Positions 38,379 to 50,338 of a stretch of DNA of 64,000 bases are shown here, one piece after another; within the stretch, counting starts at the first letter, position 1; every line of letters begins with the position of its first letter. The notes beneath the pieces are model-generated. The model did no database searches. It was not told the origin of the DNA and saw only the letters and a program-made list of their open reading frames with translations. The stretch comes from Octopus sinensis. Lineage: Eukaryota. The stretch covers positions 51,708,001-51,772,000 of the forward strand of contig NC_043004.1 in NCBI RefSeq assembly GCF_006345805.1, given 5' to 3'. The translations under genes were made by a program, and so were the position numbers.

Positions 38379-40009
38379 GTAAGTCATTTTGTATTTTTCT
38401 GTGTTGTGTATTGTTTTTGTTGCTGTTTAACCCTGAGTTACTCCAGATTGTGTAAACCAGTGATTAACAGTGTGGGGCCTGGGGAAAATTATGGTATGGT
38501 GTAGCATCCAAAATTTTTTCTTTTTTTTTTTTAAGTGGGACATGGAATTGTGAAAATCATTGTTTTACAGCAAACATACTACACCTATACTCAGCCTGGC
38601 CAAATCGATCCCTCCAGCCAAGCATACCGTGTGAAGACGGTTTGCTACAGTATAGCGTTATTCTAATGCCCTAGTGTGGATATTTCTTTAACCCTTTAGC
38701 ATTTAAACCAGCCATATCTGGCCAAAATTTTCCAATCGTTTTATGTTGAAACTCACCAGATCCTTACACCTATCCTACAACGTTATCGTACATTAGATAA
38801 TCTCATCAGCGAAATCTCGAGCATATGAGATAATGCATTATTAATAAGCACCATCCAATCGTAGCCGTTGCCAGCCTCGCCTGGCCCCCGTGCAGGTGGC
38901 ACGTAAAAAGCACCATCCGTCCGTGGCTGTTTGCCAGCTCCGTCTGGCACCTGTGCGGGTGGCACGTAAAAAGCACCCACTACACTCACGGAGTGGTTGG
39001 CGTTAGGAAGGGCATCCAGCCGTAGAAACACTGCCAGATCAGACTGGGACTGATGCAGCCTTCTGGCTTCATGGACCCCAGTTGAACCGTCCAACCCATG
39101 CTAGCATGGAAAGCGGACACTAAACGATGATGATGATGATGTGAATCAATAAGCATTGTATTTGATGGAATAACCTGAACACTAAATGGTTAAGGGATGT
39201 ATGTAATTATGAGAAGCAGGTAAATTCTTTTGTATTAAATAATTAGGTGCAGGAGTGGCTGTGTGGTAAGTAGCTTGCTTACCAACCACATGGTTCTGGG
39301 TTCAGTCCCACTGTGCAGCAACTTGGGAAACTGTCTTCTACTATAGCCTCAGGCCAACCAAAGCCTTGTGAGTGGATTTGGTAGATGGAAACTGAAAGAA
39401 GCCCGTCATATATATGTATATATATATATGTTTGTGTGTCTGTGTTTGTCCCCCCGTAACTTAGCGGTTCGGCAAAAGAGACTGATAGAATAAGTACTGG
39501 GCTTACAAAGAATAAGTCCTGGGGTCGATTTGCTCGACTAAAGGCAGTGCTTCCGCATGGCCGCAGTCAAATGATTGGAGTAATTGTGATAAAATATTCA
39601 AAATAAAATATTTTCCAACCACCAGAGGGGCATAGATTTTTCTGGAAAGTTATAGAGGAGGCTGGGGAAAAATAGGTTGGGGAATTCTGGTGTAACTTTT
39701 AATCAAGGATATTCCAACAGTGACCATATGTTTTTGGTCTTTTATTCAAATCTAGTTTATCTTTGCTTCCTTTTTTAAAGATAGATTTGGCTGCTATTTC
39801 CTGCCCGTAAAATGACCATGTAGACACTCTCATTGATTCAAATATGAATGTTGTTGTTTAACCTCAAGCTAGCCTCCATTGAGCAGACCCATAACCTCAT
39901 AGGTGTCCCAACTTTGACTGACCCCACTATTCAGTGTGTCCATCTTTTGATTATGATAGTAGCATATGATTTGAAGAAATTTGATTACTATCTCTGACAA
40001 GATGACAAC

Positions 40010-41500
40010 CACATTAAGTTCCTTCATAACATTTGTAGGGTCCGTTTCCACAGTTTGTCGAAAATCATTATTATTATTTGTGCGAAACGGTGCTGTTGCT
40101 GTAGTAGTTGGTGTTGGTGACAGTGTTGGTGCTTCCTTCTGCGTGGTCCTTCTAGGTGTTGGTGTTGGTCTGGTGATGGCTGGAGGTGGTGTTGCCCTTT
40201 GTGGTGGTGGTGTGGCAACCTTTGGTGTTTCAGGTTGTTGTTGTTGTTGTTGTTGCTGCTGCTGCTGTCTCTTTCCTTCTGCCTCCATTCTTTTCTTGTA
40301 AATGGGGCAGTCTTTTTTGAGATGGCTCTCACTGCTGCAGAGGTAGCACTTTGGCCTTCACCCCTCTACAGCAACGTGTAATCTGGTGCCTTCTGGCAAA
40401 TTTACAGAATCTGGAATCGTATTTATATTTTCTTGCTGAATCTGTGCCAGGAGCTGCACTCCCATTCCTGACCAGTTCTTCTCCCTTAATCGCCGTACAT
40501 CCAGAATAGTGGCAGTGTTCTCTATGTCATAGAGGACAGCTGCCACCAGCCAAGATATATCCAGCTCGGGCGGCACCTGGTCAATTTTAGTTTTCATTAC
40601 TCACTGACCAAGGTTAGTCGGCACGAGTAACAAATTATCTGTTTGTAATGTTTGGATGGCATGCTTTTTTGCTTCCTCCTCTGTTGGGAAGTGAACTTCT
40701 ACGGTTCCAAATCGCTTTCCCTTAGTTACATAGCTCTTTTGGCCCCATATGGGCTTTAGAGCTATTTCCAGCTGTTATGGTGCAGCATTGTGTAATTTCT
40801 TGTATTTTCTTTCGAAAATTTTATAAATGATTGTTTTCTTGTTAGTTTCATTTATTAGTGCTTGTGGAGTATTGAGGAAAATGCTATTGCCTTCTTTCCT
40901 CAATAACACCTTTGCACTTTTTATGTCTTCTATTGTAACTTTTATTCCCTCCGATACCTGCTTGGCAGTGGAGGCGAAATCGTTACGATGTTGTTCTGTG
41001 TTGTCGTTGGTGGTGGTGTCTTTGTTGGTTTTGTTCATAGGTTGCCCTTCCTCCCTCTCCGGTACCGGAGCATTGGTGGAGGGAAGAGGAGGGAAATCCC
41101 CAATGACGTCAAAAGTGACGTCCTGTTTTGCATTCTCATTCTGAACACTCCACGTGCTGGCAGGTTCATTTGAAGATACTTTGTTGCCTTTTAAGACGCG
41201 AAATGGGTGGTTTGGAACCGTTTTTGAATTGTGTGTTTGCGGAGGGTGTGGTGTTGGGAGAAGGGAACAGCCGACTGCTCGCTTCATAGCCATGTTTGTT
41301 GAAATGTATGTGTGTAATTTTTCAAAATGTTCAAATTTCAAAACGCAATTTTACCCCTAATGGGGTAAAATTTTGCCGAGCCGACTAGCTCAGCTAGAAG
41401 TTAGTTGGCTTGGCCACACAAATATCGAAAAATATATGTAGTTTCAGAGAAATTTCCAATAAAATTGACACAAAACCGCTTTAGACACGTCCGTCCTTTT
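40010..41500 (-). mobile_element. LINE 5'UTR plus ORF1 (gag-like CCHC knuckle), 3'-truncated
   Basis: One frame across ORFs 41341-40775, 40597-40358 and 40288-; CYLCSSESHLKKDC knuckle at about 40305-40350, then polyQ and P/T-rich tail; premature stops. Confidence 0.8.
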
Positions 41501-41960
41501 GAGAAGAAATAATAATAATAATAATAACCTGAAGTGAAGACCAAGTGTAGTGCATGTGTTTAATTGGCAAAAATATTACCATTGCCAAATATAACAATAT
41601 TAAATTAAATCTTTATGCCAAAACTCCATGTTAATCTAATTCCCAATCATCAGCTTAATAACAGCATAGTTAATTCATTTATTTTCAAAATCAATTAATA
41701 TAAAGGTAGAATTTTTCAACAGAGGTATGGTAACGAGAGGGTTAATGGTGTACTTAGAAATGTTAAGCAAGCATCATCATCATCATCATTCAACTATAAA
41801 TACTGTTGTTCCCACAAGTGCCAAGTCACAACCTCCCTGCCAAAACAACATAATTAATGGAACAATAAAAAAAAAAATACAAAACTGGGACAAAAAAATA
41901 TCAGTGTAATCCCATAAAATCTTCTACACTTTTTAAAAGGGTTTTTCTCTTGTTCCTTAG

Positions 41961-42056
41961 ATCTGGTGGCCCATGAGTTTATCGTAGATTGTAGGCCTTT
42001 CAAGAAACTTGCCAACATTGAAGCTGTTGATATTGCCAAAAGACTGCAAGATTATG
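41961..42056 (+). CDS. GLDC: GLDC exon 16: [33 protein letters not shown]
   Basis: VAHEFI.D.R and D.AKRL.DYG; TAG acceptor, G|GTAAGT donor; 96 nt. Confidence 0.98.
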
Positions 42057-42641
42057 GTAAGTTTGTTTTTCATTTCTCATTAATTCCTGTTATCCTTGAT
42101 AATGTCGAGGCAAAATGCTGGCGCAGCTATTAGCACATAACCATGAGGCACAAGCACAGATGTGAGGCATAGCCATGGCTGTGTGATTAACAAGTTTGCT
42201 TCCCAGTCATATGGTTGGGTTTCAGGTTCAGTCTCCCTGTGTGGCACTTTAGGCAAGAGCCCTAGGCCCGTCATACATGTGAGTAGATTTGGTGGACAAA
42301 AACAGGAAGAAGTCCATTATATATATATATATTATATATACTTCTTGTGGAGGCACATGGCCTAGTGGTTAGAGCAGCTGACTTGCGGTCAAGGGATCGT
42401 GGGTTTGAATCTCAGACTGGGCGATGTGTGTGTTTATGAGCAAGACACCTAAGCTCCATGAGACTCCAGTGAACTTCTGCTGACTCTTTCGCCACTATTT
42501 TCTCTTACTCTTTCCTCCAGCATCTTGCAGCTCACCTGCGACGGACCGGCGTCCTGTCCAGGTGGGGAACCTATATGCCAAGGAAACCAGGAAACTGGCC
42601 CTTATGAGCCAGGCATAGCTCAGGAAGGAGCAAACAACAAT

Positions 42642-42673
<32 letters not shown>

Positions 42674-42680
42674 TATATTA

Positions 42681-42868
42681 TATTAAATTAGAGATAAAAC
42701 CACTATTAGGCAAATCAAACAGTGAAAATCATAAGCCAATACATAGAAATAAAATTAATTAAAAAATATAAAATATTTTATATTTTTTAATTAATTTTAT
42801 TTCTATGTATTTGCTTATGATTTTCACTGTTTGATTTGCCTAATAGTGGTTTTATCTCTAATTCAATA
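42681..42868. repeat. 188-bp loopless palindrome
   Basis: 94-bp arms meeting at 42774/42775, 2 mismatches. Confidence 0.95.
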
Positions 42869-42947
42869 TAATATATATTTATACTATAAAATTAGATTTA
42901 ATCCTAAATCTAATTTTTCCCTGTAAGTTGGATTTACTCCCTAATAT

Positions 42948-42994
<47 letters not shown>

Positions 42995-43285
42995 AAGTCT
43001 TGTTTAAAATAGACATCACTCCAAGAACAAGTACACATACAAAAGGATTAATAAGACCATAACTTATGTAATACTAATGTCTCTTTTTAGTTTTTATCTC
43101 AGCTACTGATGAGTACTTTCTGACAACTCAGATTTTCTAATACGTATAGCTCTGTCTTTCTGTATGGAACAAATTGTATAGCAACACAAGTAATAAAAAC
43201 TATAATCCATTTTAACATCTAATCTCCTCCATTTACATAAATATGAATGAATTTGTTGGACTGTGTTTAATAAGTTAAATCATAT

Positions 43286-43320
<35 letters not shown>

Positions 43321-43324
<4 letters not shown>

Positions 43325-43990
43325 GTGGAAGCACATCGTTAGAGTTATCTAAAAGAATTTCTATCCATTACTCAACATTTAGGGATAGAAATAAACGGAA
43401 TAGTACCGGTCTCAGCAAACTGATTTGGGATTTAAAAGACCACAATGAACAATTTCATTTAGAATGGTTGATTCTCTCAATTTCGAAACCATATGACAAA
43501 GGCAAGGAATTCTGTCTTCTTTGCAATTCTGAGCTACTTTTCATTATTTTTTCTAAAAATACTCTAGTAAACACAGTTATAGAGCGAGCATACAGATCTA
43601 AGCATTGGCAAAAACACACATTTAGTGCATATAAGTAGTCTCTATCATTATATATAATTTAAACTTTAATTTCCTTTATATTTAACATTCACTATTAATA
43701 TCCCTACTCTTTCTGTAAGCTACTTATGACGTTATATCATATAACATTTTTTTAAACAATATTAATAGCGTTCTGTCTATCGCTATACAAATACATCACT
43801 TTTTGATAAAATGTTTTATTGACAAGTTTCGCTTTTTTCACTTTCCTGAGGAGAAGATTGCATTGTTTATACCATTTATTCTTTTGAATAGTATCAGTGG
43901 AATTTTCGAAACATGTGTCGAAAGTAAAAATATTTGATTACACCTGCATTAAACTCCATTTATTTATTCATATATACATATACATATATA
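43321..43990 (+). mobile_element. Penelope-like element 3' fragment: GIY-YIG endonuclease C-terminus plus pLTR with hammerhead
   Basis: Stop-free 105-codon frame 43321-43638: GSTSLELSKRISIHYSTF..NSTGLSKLIWDLKD..WLIL..KPY..CLLCNSE, followed by an AT-rich UTR with a hammerhead. Confidence 0.85.
43834..43930 (+). ncRNA. Type I hammerhead ribozyme, Penelope-like-element type
   Basis: Helix I ACTTTC 43840-45 / GAAAGT 43920-25; CTGAGGA 43846-52; helix II starting G43853-C43907; GAAA 43908-11; short helix III C-ATGT-G; GUC triplet ending 43919. Confidence 0.85.
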
Positions 43991-44250
43991 TATTAACTGT
44001 CACATGTTTTTCTTCTTAAATTTGTTATTTTTCACACCTATCATCTACTTTTGAACATCTACTAGTGATTCTAACTTCACTACTTCAGCGAACCAGTATT
44101 CGATTGAAATATGTCTGGGGGTTGTCTCCCATACTTGTTGTAATTATTAAAATCATGTCAGTTACGGAACTAAGATTGCTTTTTCCTCACATAATGAACG
44201 TACAAAAATACCAACTTACGTGGAGCCCATTTGACTTGCGTCTGTCTGTC

Positions 44251-44269
44251 CAGATAGATAGATAGATAA

Positions 44270-44300
<31 letters not shown>

Positions 44301-44520
44301 GATAGATAAATAGAGAGATAGATAGATAAATAGAGAGATAGATAGATAAATAGAGAGATAGATAGATAAATAGAGAGATAGATAGATAAATAGAGAGATA
44401 GATAGATAAATAGAGAGATAGATAGATAGATAAATAGAGAGATAGATAGATAGATAAATAGAGAGATAGATAGATAGATAGATAAATAGAGAGATAGATA
44501 GATAGATAGATAAATAGAGA
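44251..44520. repeat. GATA-derived satellite (16-mer GATAGATAAATAGAGA)
   Basis: Directly visible tandem array. Confidence 0.97.
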
Positions 44521-44700
44521 TATGTTTCTTTATTAGCCACACAGGGCTGCACACAGATAGAACAAATTACAAGGTAGAGCTTTTCTTTTGAAGGTTTAAA
44601 AAAAAAAAAAAAAAAGGAAGGGGGAGTTTCGATCAAAAGGGATCGTAAAAGGAGAGAAAGAGGACAAAAAAAGGGGGGGTTAAAAAAAAAAAAGAGAGAG
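44521..44700 (-). mobile_element. Probable 3' terminal fragment of a second Tx1-like family, embedded in GATA satellite
   Basis: TTTCTTTATTAGCCACACAGGGCT matches TTCTTTTATTGGCCACAAGGGCT at 32308; purine-rich body; GATA-type repeats on both sides. Confidence 0.55.
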
Positions 44701-44726
44701 ATAGATAGATAAATAGAGAGATAGAT

Positions 44727-44826
44727 NNNNNNNNNNNNNNNNNNNNNNNNNNNNNNNNNNNNNNNNNNNNNNNNNNNNNNNNNNNNNNNNNNNNNNNNNN
44801 NNNNNNNNNNNNNNNNNNNNNNNNNN
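44727..44826. other. Assembly gap (100 N)
   Basis: Exactly 100 N next to a GATA-type satellite, typical of a placeholder gap of unknown size. Confidence 0.99.
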
Positions 44827-45626
44827 TGCACTTGTGTAGGTTGAAGTGGCTGAGTATTCTACAGTCGCATGCACCATTAATCTATCCCTAAGCATGACTG
44901 TGTGTGTGTGTTGAAAAACTGACCCCTCCAAATTACAGGTACTGTCCACCTGACAAATTCTACTACATAGAGTTCACATCAATACAATTTCACCTAAAGG
45001 GCTTAGATTTAGATTGAAGCTGTGTGATAGGATTGAACCAGGAACGTAATGACTGAGAAGTTTACTGCTCAACTACTCTACTATGACTGCACGCACTCAC
45101 ACATCCACCTACAGGCACACATTCTTGCTACATATCCACAACACAGCCACCCATGTTTATCTACCTCAGTGGCTCTTCACATAGGCAGTAGCCTCCCACC
45201 ACCACCACCACCATTATGGCTTACTGGTTAGTGTGTTTGACTCATGATTGTAAGATTGTGGTTTCGATTCCTGGACTGGGCTATGCGTTGTGTTCTTAAG
45301 CAAGACACTTTATTTCACATTGCTCCAGTCCACTCAGCTGGCAAAAATGAGTGACACTGTGACAGACCAGTGTCACATCCTGGGGAATATACATGACATG
45401 GAAACCAGAAAACCAGCCCTTAGGAGCCAGTATGACCCAAGAAGGTAACTTTACCGTTAGCATTTTGGTGGCACCCCCTTGAAAAATGATAGAACGATCA
45501 TCCTTTCAACTATTTTAATCATAGCTCTACTCAATCAGGGCTGATTTGGGTTGGACAGCAACACCTTGACCACTATTACGAATGCTACAACCATCACCAC
45601 TACTAACATCTTCTCTCGTATTTCAG

Positions 45627-45691
45627 CAATCCGTAAAGAAATCCAAGATATCATCGATGGAAAGCTGGATCGTAAAGTTAATCCATTGACT
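45627..45691 (+). CDS. GLDC: GLDC exon 17 (as assembled): AIRKEIQDIIDGKLDRKVNPLT
   Basis: IR.EI..I..G..D..VNPL motif; TTTCAG acceptor, ACT|GTAAGT donor; 65 nt. The preceding GFHAPT exon is not found. Confidence 0.93.
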
Positions 45692-45962
45692 GTAAGTATC
45701 CTTCTCTCTCTCTCTCTCTCTCTGCCTGTCTTTCTCTGTTGTTACTTTATTGTATTGGCTGTTTGTGTGCCTACTTCTGTCTATGAGTGGAACATACATA
45801 TTCTGCAAATGTGTGTATATATATATATAAATATATGTGGTGTGTGTGTGAGTGTATACCTTACACTTTTATTCCTCCTTATTCAGAGTTAAAATTCTGC
45901 CAGTGTTTGTAATGTCCTTCTTAGATTGATGAAATAAGTAGTTATATATATATATATATATC

Positions 45963-46019
<57 letters not shown>

Positions 46020-46918
46020 TTTTCACCCAAGTGATGTAAGTGGATGAAGTATTGGACTATTCAGTGAATGTGTAATATCTGCAATGTGTGTGTATGTAGT
46101 TGTCTTTGTGCATGCATGCATGTGTGTGTTGTGCTTCTTGTTGGAATACTATATTCTGCATTGCCTCAGTTCACTTAGCTGTCAATAGGAATAGGTACCA
46201 TCAGATCATCTGGGGAAATTTGCCTGTGATGGACTGGCTTTCTATGCAAGGTGAGACTTAGCTTTCATCCTCTTGTTTCTGTACAGAACATTATATTTTA
46301 CATTACCTTTGTTTACCTTTGCTGCAATGGGAAAAATTGACATCACTAAATCTATCTCTGGATTACTGCATGTGATTGACTGGTGTATTTACCTAAAATT
46401 TATCTCTGATCCTCCTGATTGTTGTTTTAAGATTTCATCAGTTAATACTGTGTTACCTGGGGAATGTTACCTGTGATAAATTTGTGCTATATCCAGAGAA
46501 ATAATCACATCTGCTTAGTGCTATGGATCTAATTGAGGAGGAATGAAAGTGGCTTCCGTACCATTTGTAGGCAATATTTTTGTGTTTTAACATTAACCCT
46601 TTGGCATTTGATCCTGCCATATCCAGCCCAAATATTGTATATGTTTTATGTTAAAACTGACCAGATCCAACTTCTCACACCTACTCCACAACGTCATTCT
46701 CAACATAAAAGCACACCACTGAAATCTTGAAACTGCAAAAAAAATAATGCATATAGGCGCAGGAGTGGCTGTGTGGTAAGTAGCTTGCTAACCAACCACA
46801 TGGTTCTGGGTTCAGTCCCACTGCGTGGCATCTTGGGCAAGTGTCTTCTGCTATAGCCCCAGGCCGACCAATGCCTTGTGAGTGGATTTGGTAGATGGAA
46901 ACTGAAAGAAGCCTCTCG

Positions 46919-46949
<31 letters not shown>

Positions 46950-47387
46950 GTGTTTGTGTCTGTGTTTGTCCCCCTAGCATTGCTTGACAACCGATGCTGG
47001 TGTGTTTACGTCCCCGTCACTTAGTGGTTCGGCAAAAGAGACCGATAGAATAAGTACTGGGCTTACAAAGAATAAGTCCTGGGGTCGATTTGCTCGACTA
47101 AAGGCAGTGCTCTAGCATGGCCACAGTCAAATGACTGAAACAAGCAAAAGAGAAAAAGAGAGATATAATTCAAAACAATAAGCGTCACATTTGACAAAGA
47201 AATCTGAATGGTAATGAGTTAAGGAAACTATTTTTACCTCTTGAAAGTTGTGTCAACGGTGCAGAGTTACAACTAGATGAATTCTCCAGGCAGTTTCAAT
47301 GGACAAGGCTCTGGCATCCAGGTGGCTAAAAATGTGAGCAGAAGGGCACCCAAAAGTCATGACCTTGATGCAGCCCGACTTCCTTAA

Positions 47388-47609
47388 CCCTTTCGTTACT
47401 GTATTTATTTTGAGATGCTCTGTGTTTCTTTCAATTAATTTTAAATATAACCAAGAATTTAGTAAAAAAACTTAGTTATCATTCAGCTAGTGTTAGGGAC
47501 ATAAATTGTGACTAAGGTTTGGTGGAAGATTTTAATTCAAAACTTATGAAAACAAGGCATTTGTTACTCAAAGCCAGAGGCGGTTTCGGCCGGGTTGGTA
47601 ACGAAAGGG
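47388..47609. mobile_element. TTAA-flanked MITE
   Basis: TTAA|CCCTTTCGTTAC..GTAACGAAAGGG|TTAA. Confidence 0.88.
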
Positions 47610-47903
47610 TTAAAGTGTAAAAAGTTAAGAGCCAAAACACTTGTTTGAGTAGGGTTTTTTTTCTCTGAAGACCTTCTAATCTTCAGCTCTGAGAGTTTCT
47701 TACCTCTGTAACTCCTGCATGCTGAGGTTTCCAGGCAACCATCTCCAACACCAATGGTTTAGTTATTTACTTAGAAACTAACTTGAAGGATGGTATTTTT
47801 TTTTCCAAGTAACTCTTAGAAAATTTTACATCCTTTATAAATGTTCCTTTTTCTGTTCTTTCTTTAAGGGCTGCTTCAGTTCATTAGGGATGTTAACTAT
47901 ATA

Positions 47904-48288
47904 TGGAGGCGCAATGGCCCAGTGGTTAGGGCAGCGGACTCGCGGTCATAGGATCGCGGTTTCGATTCCCAGACCGGGCGTTGTGAGTGTTTATTGAGCA
48001 AAAACACCTAAAGCTCCACGAGGCTCCGGCAGGGGATGGTGGTGATCCCTGCTGTACTCTTTCACCACAACTTTCTCTCACTCTTACTTCCTGTTTCTGT
48101 TGTTCCTGTATTTCAAAGGGCCGGCCTTGTCACTCTCTGTGTCACGCTGAATATCCCCGAGAACTACGTTAAGGGTGCACGTGTCTGTGGAGTGCTCATC
48201 CACTTACATGTTAATTTCACGAGCAGGCTGTTCCATTGATTCGGATCAACCGGAACCCTCATCGTCGTAACCGACGGAGTGCTTCCAC
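47904..48288 (+). mobile_element. SINE family D (about 385 bp, tRNA-like head)
   Basis: TGGCCCAGTGG A-box, GGTTTCGATTCCC B-box; TSD TAACTATATA at 47894-903 and 48289-98. Confidence 0.9.
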
Positions 48289-49162
48289 TAACTATATATA
48301 TATCTTTCAAACTATCACACCAGCTCCTGAATATAGTTATGAGGAAGAGGTCTTGTCTGTTTGTCTTTCCTATCATACATCCCACTAAGGACAGTGATGC
48401 ATGTGTGTATTGGAGTGAAACTGGACAATGTCTGTCTGCCTCTCTCTCTAGTCCACTAAAGATGAAGTATGTAGTCACATCTGAAACACACTGCCTTCCT
48501 TCTTGTTAATTTTAAAGAAAGTAAAAAAAAAATTAGTAAAATTTAGGCGCAGGAGTGGCTGTGTGGTAAGTAGCTTGTTTACCAACCACATGGTTCCGGG
48601 TTCAGTCCCACTGCGTGGTACCTTGGGCGAGTGTCTTCTACTATAGCCTCGGGCCGACCAAAGCCTTGTGAGTGGATTTGGTAGACAGAAACTGAAAGAA
48701 GCCCGTCGTATATATGTATATATATATGTATGTGTTTGTGTGTCTGTGTTTGTCTCCCTAGCATTGCTTGACAACCGATGCTGGTGTGTTTATGTCCCCG
48801 TCACTTAGTGGTTTGGCAAAAAAGAGACCGATAGAATAAGTACTGGGCTTACAAAGAATAAGTCCCGGGTCGATTTGCTCGATTAAAGGTGGTGCTCCAG
48901 CATGGCCGCAGTCAAATGACTGAAACAAGTAAAAGAGTAAAGAGTAAAATAACTGTCATTATTAACCCTTTGTATGTCGTGTGATGTAAGGATGCATTTC
49001 CCCGGTATCCATACATCATATATGACACACATTCTTAATTTTTGTGAGCCACCAGAGAAATTTTGGACTTATGAAAAGAAAGCTTTCTATTTACTCAGAA
49101 CATATGAAACAAGCGGGAAAATAATTAATAATCACTGTTTTGTTGTTCTTTGTTTCCTAAAG

Positions 49163-49243
49163 ATGGCACCACACACTCAGTCTGTTGTCATGGCAACCAA
49201 TTGGGACAGACCATATTCCAGAGAAATTGCAGCATTTCCTGCC
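49163..49243 (+). CDS. GLDC: GLDC exon 18: MAPHTQSVVMATNWDRPYSREIAAFPA
   Basis: PH......WDRPYSRE.AAFP; AAG acceptor, GCC|GTAAGT donor; 81 nt. Confidence 0.98.
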
Positions 49244-50137
49244 GTAAGTATTTCATCATCATCATCGTTTAACGTCCGTTTTCCGTGCTAGCACGGGTTG
49301 GGAGGTTCGACCGGGGTCTGGGGAGCCAGGGGCTGCTCCAGGCTCCAGTCTGATCTGGCAGTGTTTCTACAGCTGGATGCCCTTCCTAACGCCAACCACT
49401 CCACGAGTGTAGTGGGTGCTTTTTACATGCCACCTGCACAGGTGCCAGAGGGGTCTGGCGTTGAATATTGTTATTTGCATTTCTGATGAGGTCTGTGTCC
49501 CTGTGCACAATCTATCCTTTGCAAATCTCTCCCCAACAGCTCATCTTCCTTCCTTCCGCCATCCATGTCCACCATTCACTACATTCCCCTCACCCCATCT
49601 AATCTTCTGCACCACTTCACTTCTTTACACACACCCCTGTACTTAAGGGTATGATGCCCCAACACCATTTTCTGTCATTCTCTCCCCCCCCCCCAAACTG
49701 TGACAGCCATTCATCTCCTCTACTGCAAACACTTCTTTTTCTGTCCCTCTGTCACACTCTGACATTCCATGACACGGCTACCTTCCTCGATAATATTCCT
49801 GCCTCAGTTGATTCCAAGATGAGTTGTCTCACCTGGTTGGTGGCATTCAGGTGTTCTGTAACACTTGGTGTCATCTGGGGAGCTTTCCTTGGATGTTAAC
49901 CCACAGCAAATTTGACAGGTAAACAAAACACACACACTCTATGTATGTGTAGCCAATAGTGTTTTATATATGTAGTGTGTGTGCGCGTGTGTGTATGATG
50001 TATGTATGTTGATACTAAAAGGCAATCTTTATATCCTACTTAATGCAGATGTATTACAGAGCATCTATGTGAGAGGGCCCCTGAATGTGAATACTGCAGT
50101 ATTTGGTGCTCTAATAATACATCCACACTTAGTAGAC

Positions 50138-50338
50138 CAGTGATTTTCAACCAGGGTTCCGCCAGTACAGTCCAGGGGTTCCGCAAGAAGTTACAAAACT
50201 GCTAAAATCGGCAGTAATTTTTAATTCTCCTGTGCAGATATGTGTGCATAAAACTATTAAATTATTGCACAGGGGTTCCTCGAGCCTGTGGAATGTTTCC
50301 TTGGGGTTCCGCTCCAGCAAAAAGTTTGAAAAGCACTG
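50138..50338. mobile_element. hAT-type MITE
   Basis: CAGTG..CACTG ends; perfect 8-bp TSD TAGTAGAC at 50130-37 and 50339-46. Confidence 0.9.

Noticed and set aside
40358-40360. In-frame TGA in LINE ORF1 as selenocysteine or readthrough
   Set aside because: It is better explained by CGA to TGA CpG decay in a dead element that has other stops.
32305-41500. One Tx1-like element with ORF1 at 40-41.5 kb and the ORF2 end at 32.3-33.4 kb (same strand, correct order)
   Set aside because: Three conserved GLDC exons lie between them, so they must be independent insertions.
45551-45626. In-frame upstream extension (MDSNTLTT..) as a replacement for the missing exon
   Set aside because: It has no similarity to GFHAPT/EPTESE, is low-complexity T-rich, and a good TTTCAG acceptor sits at 45626.
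47904-47980. tRNA-like sequences at SINE heads
   Set aside because: A and B boxes are present, but I could not build a full cloverleaf with an acceptor stem, and each continues into a SINE body with a TSD.
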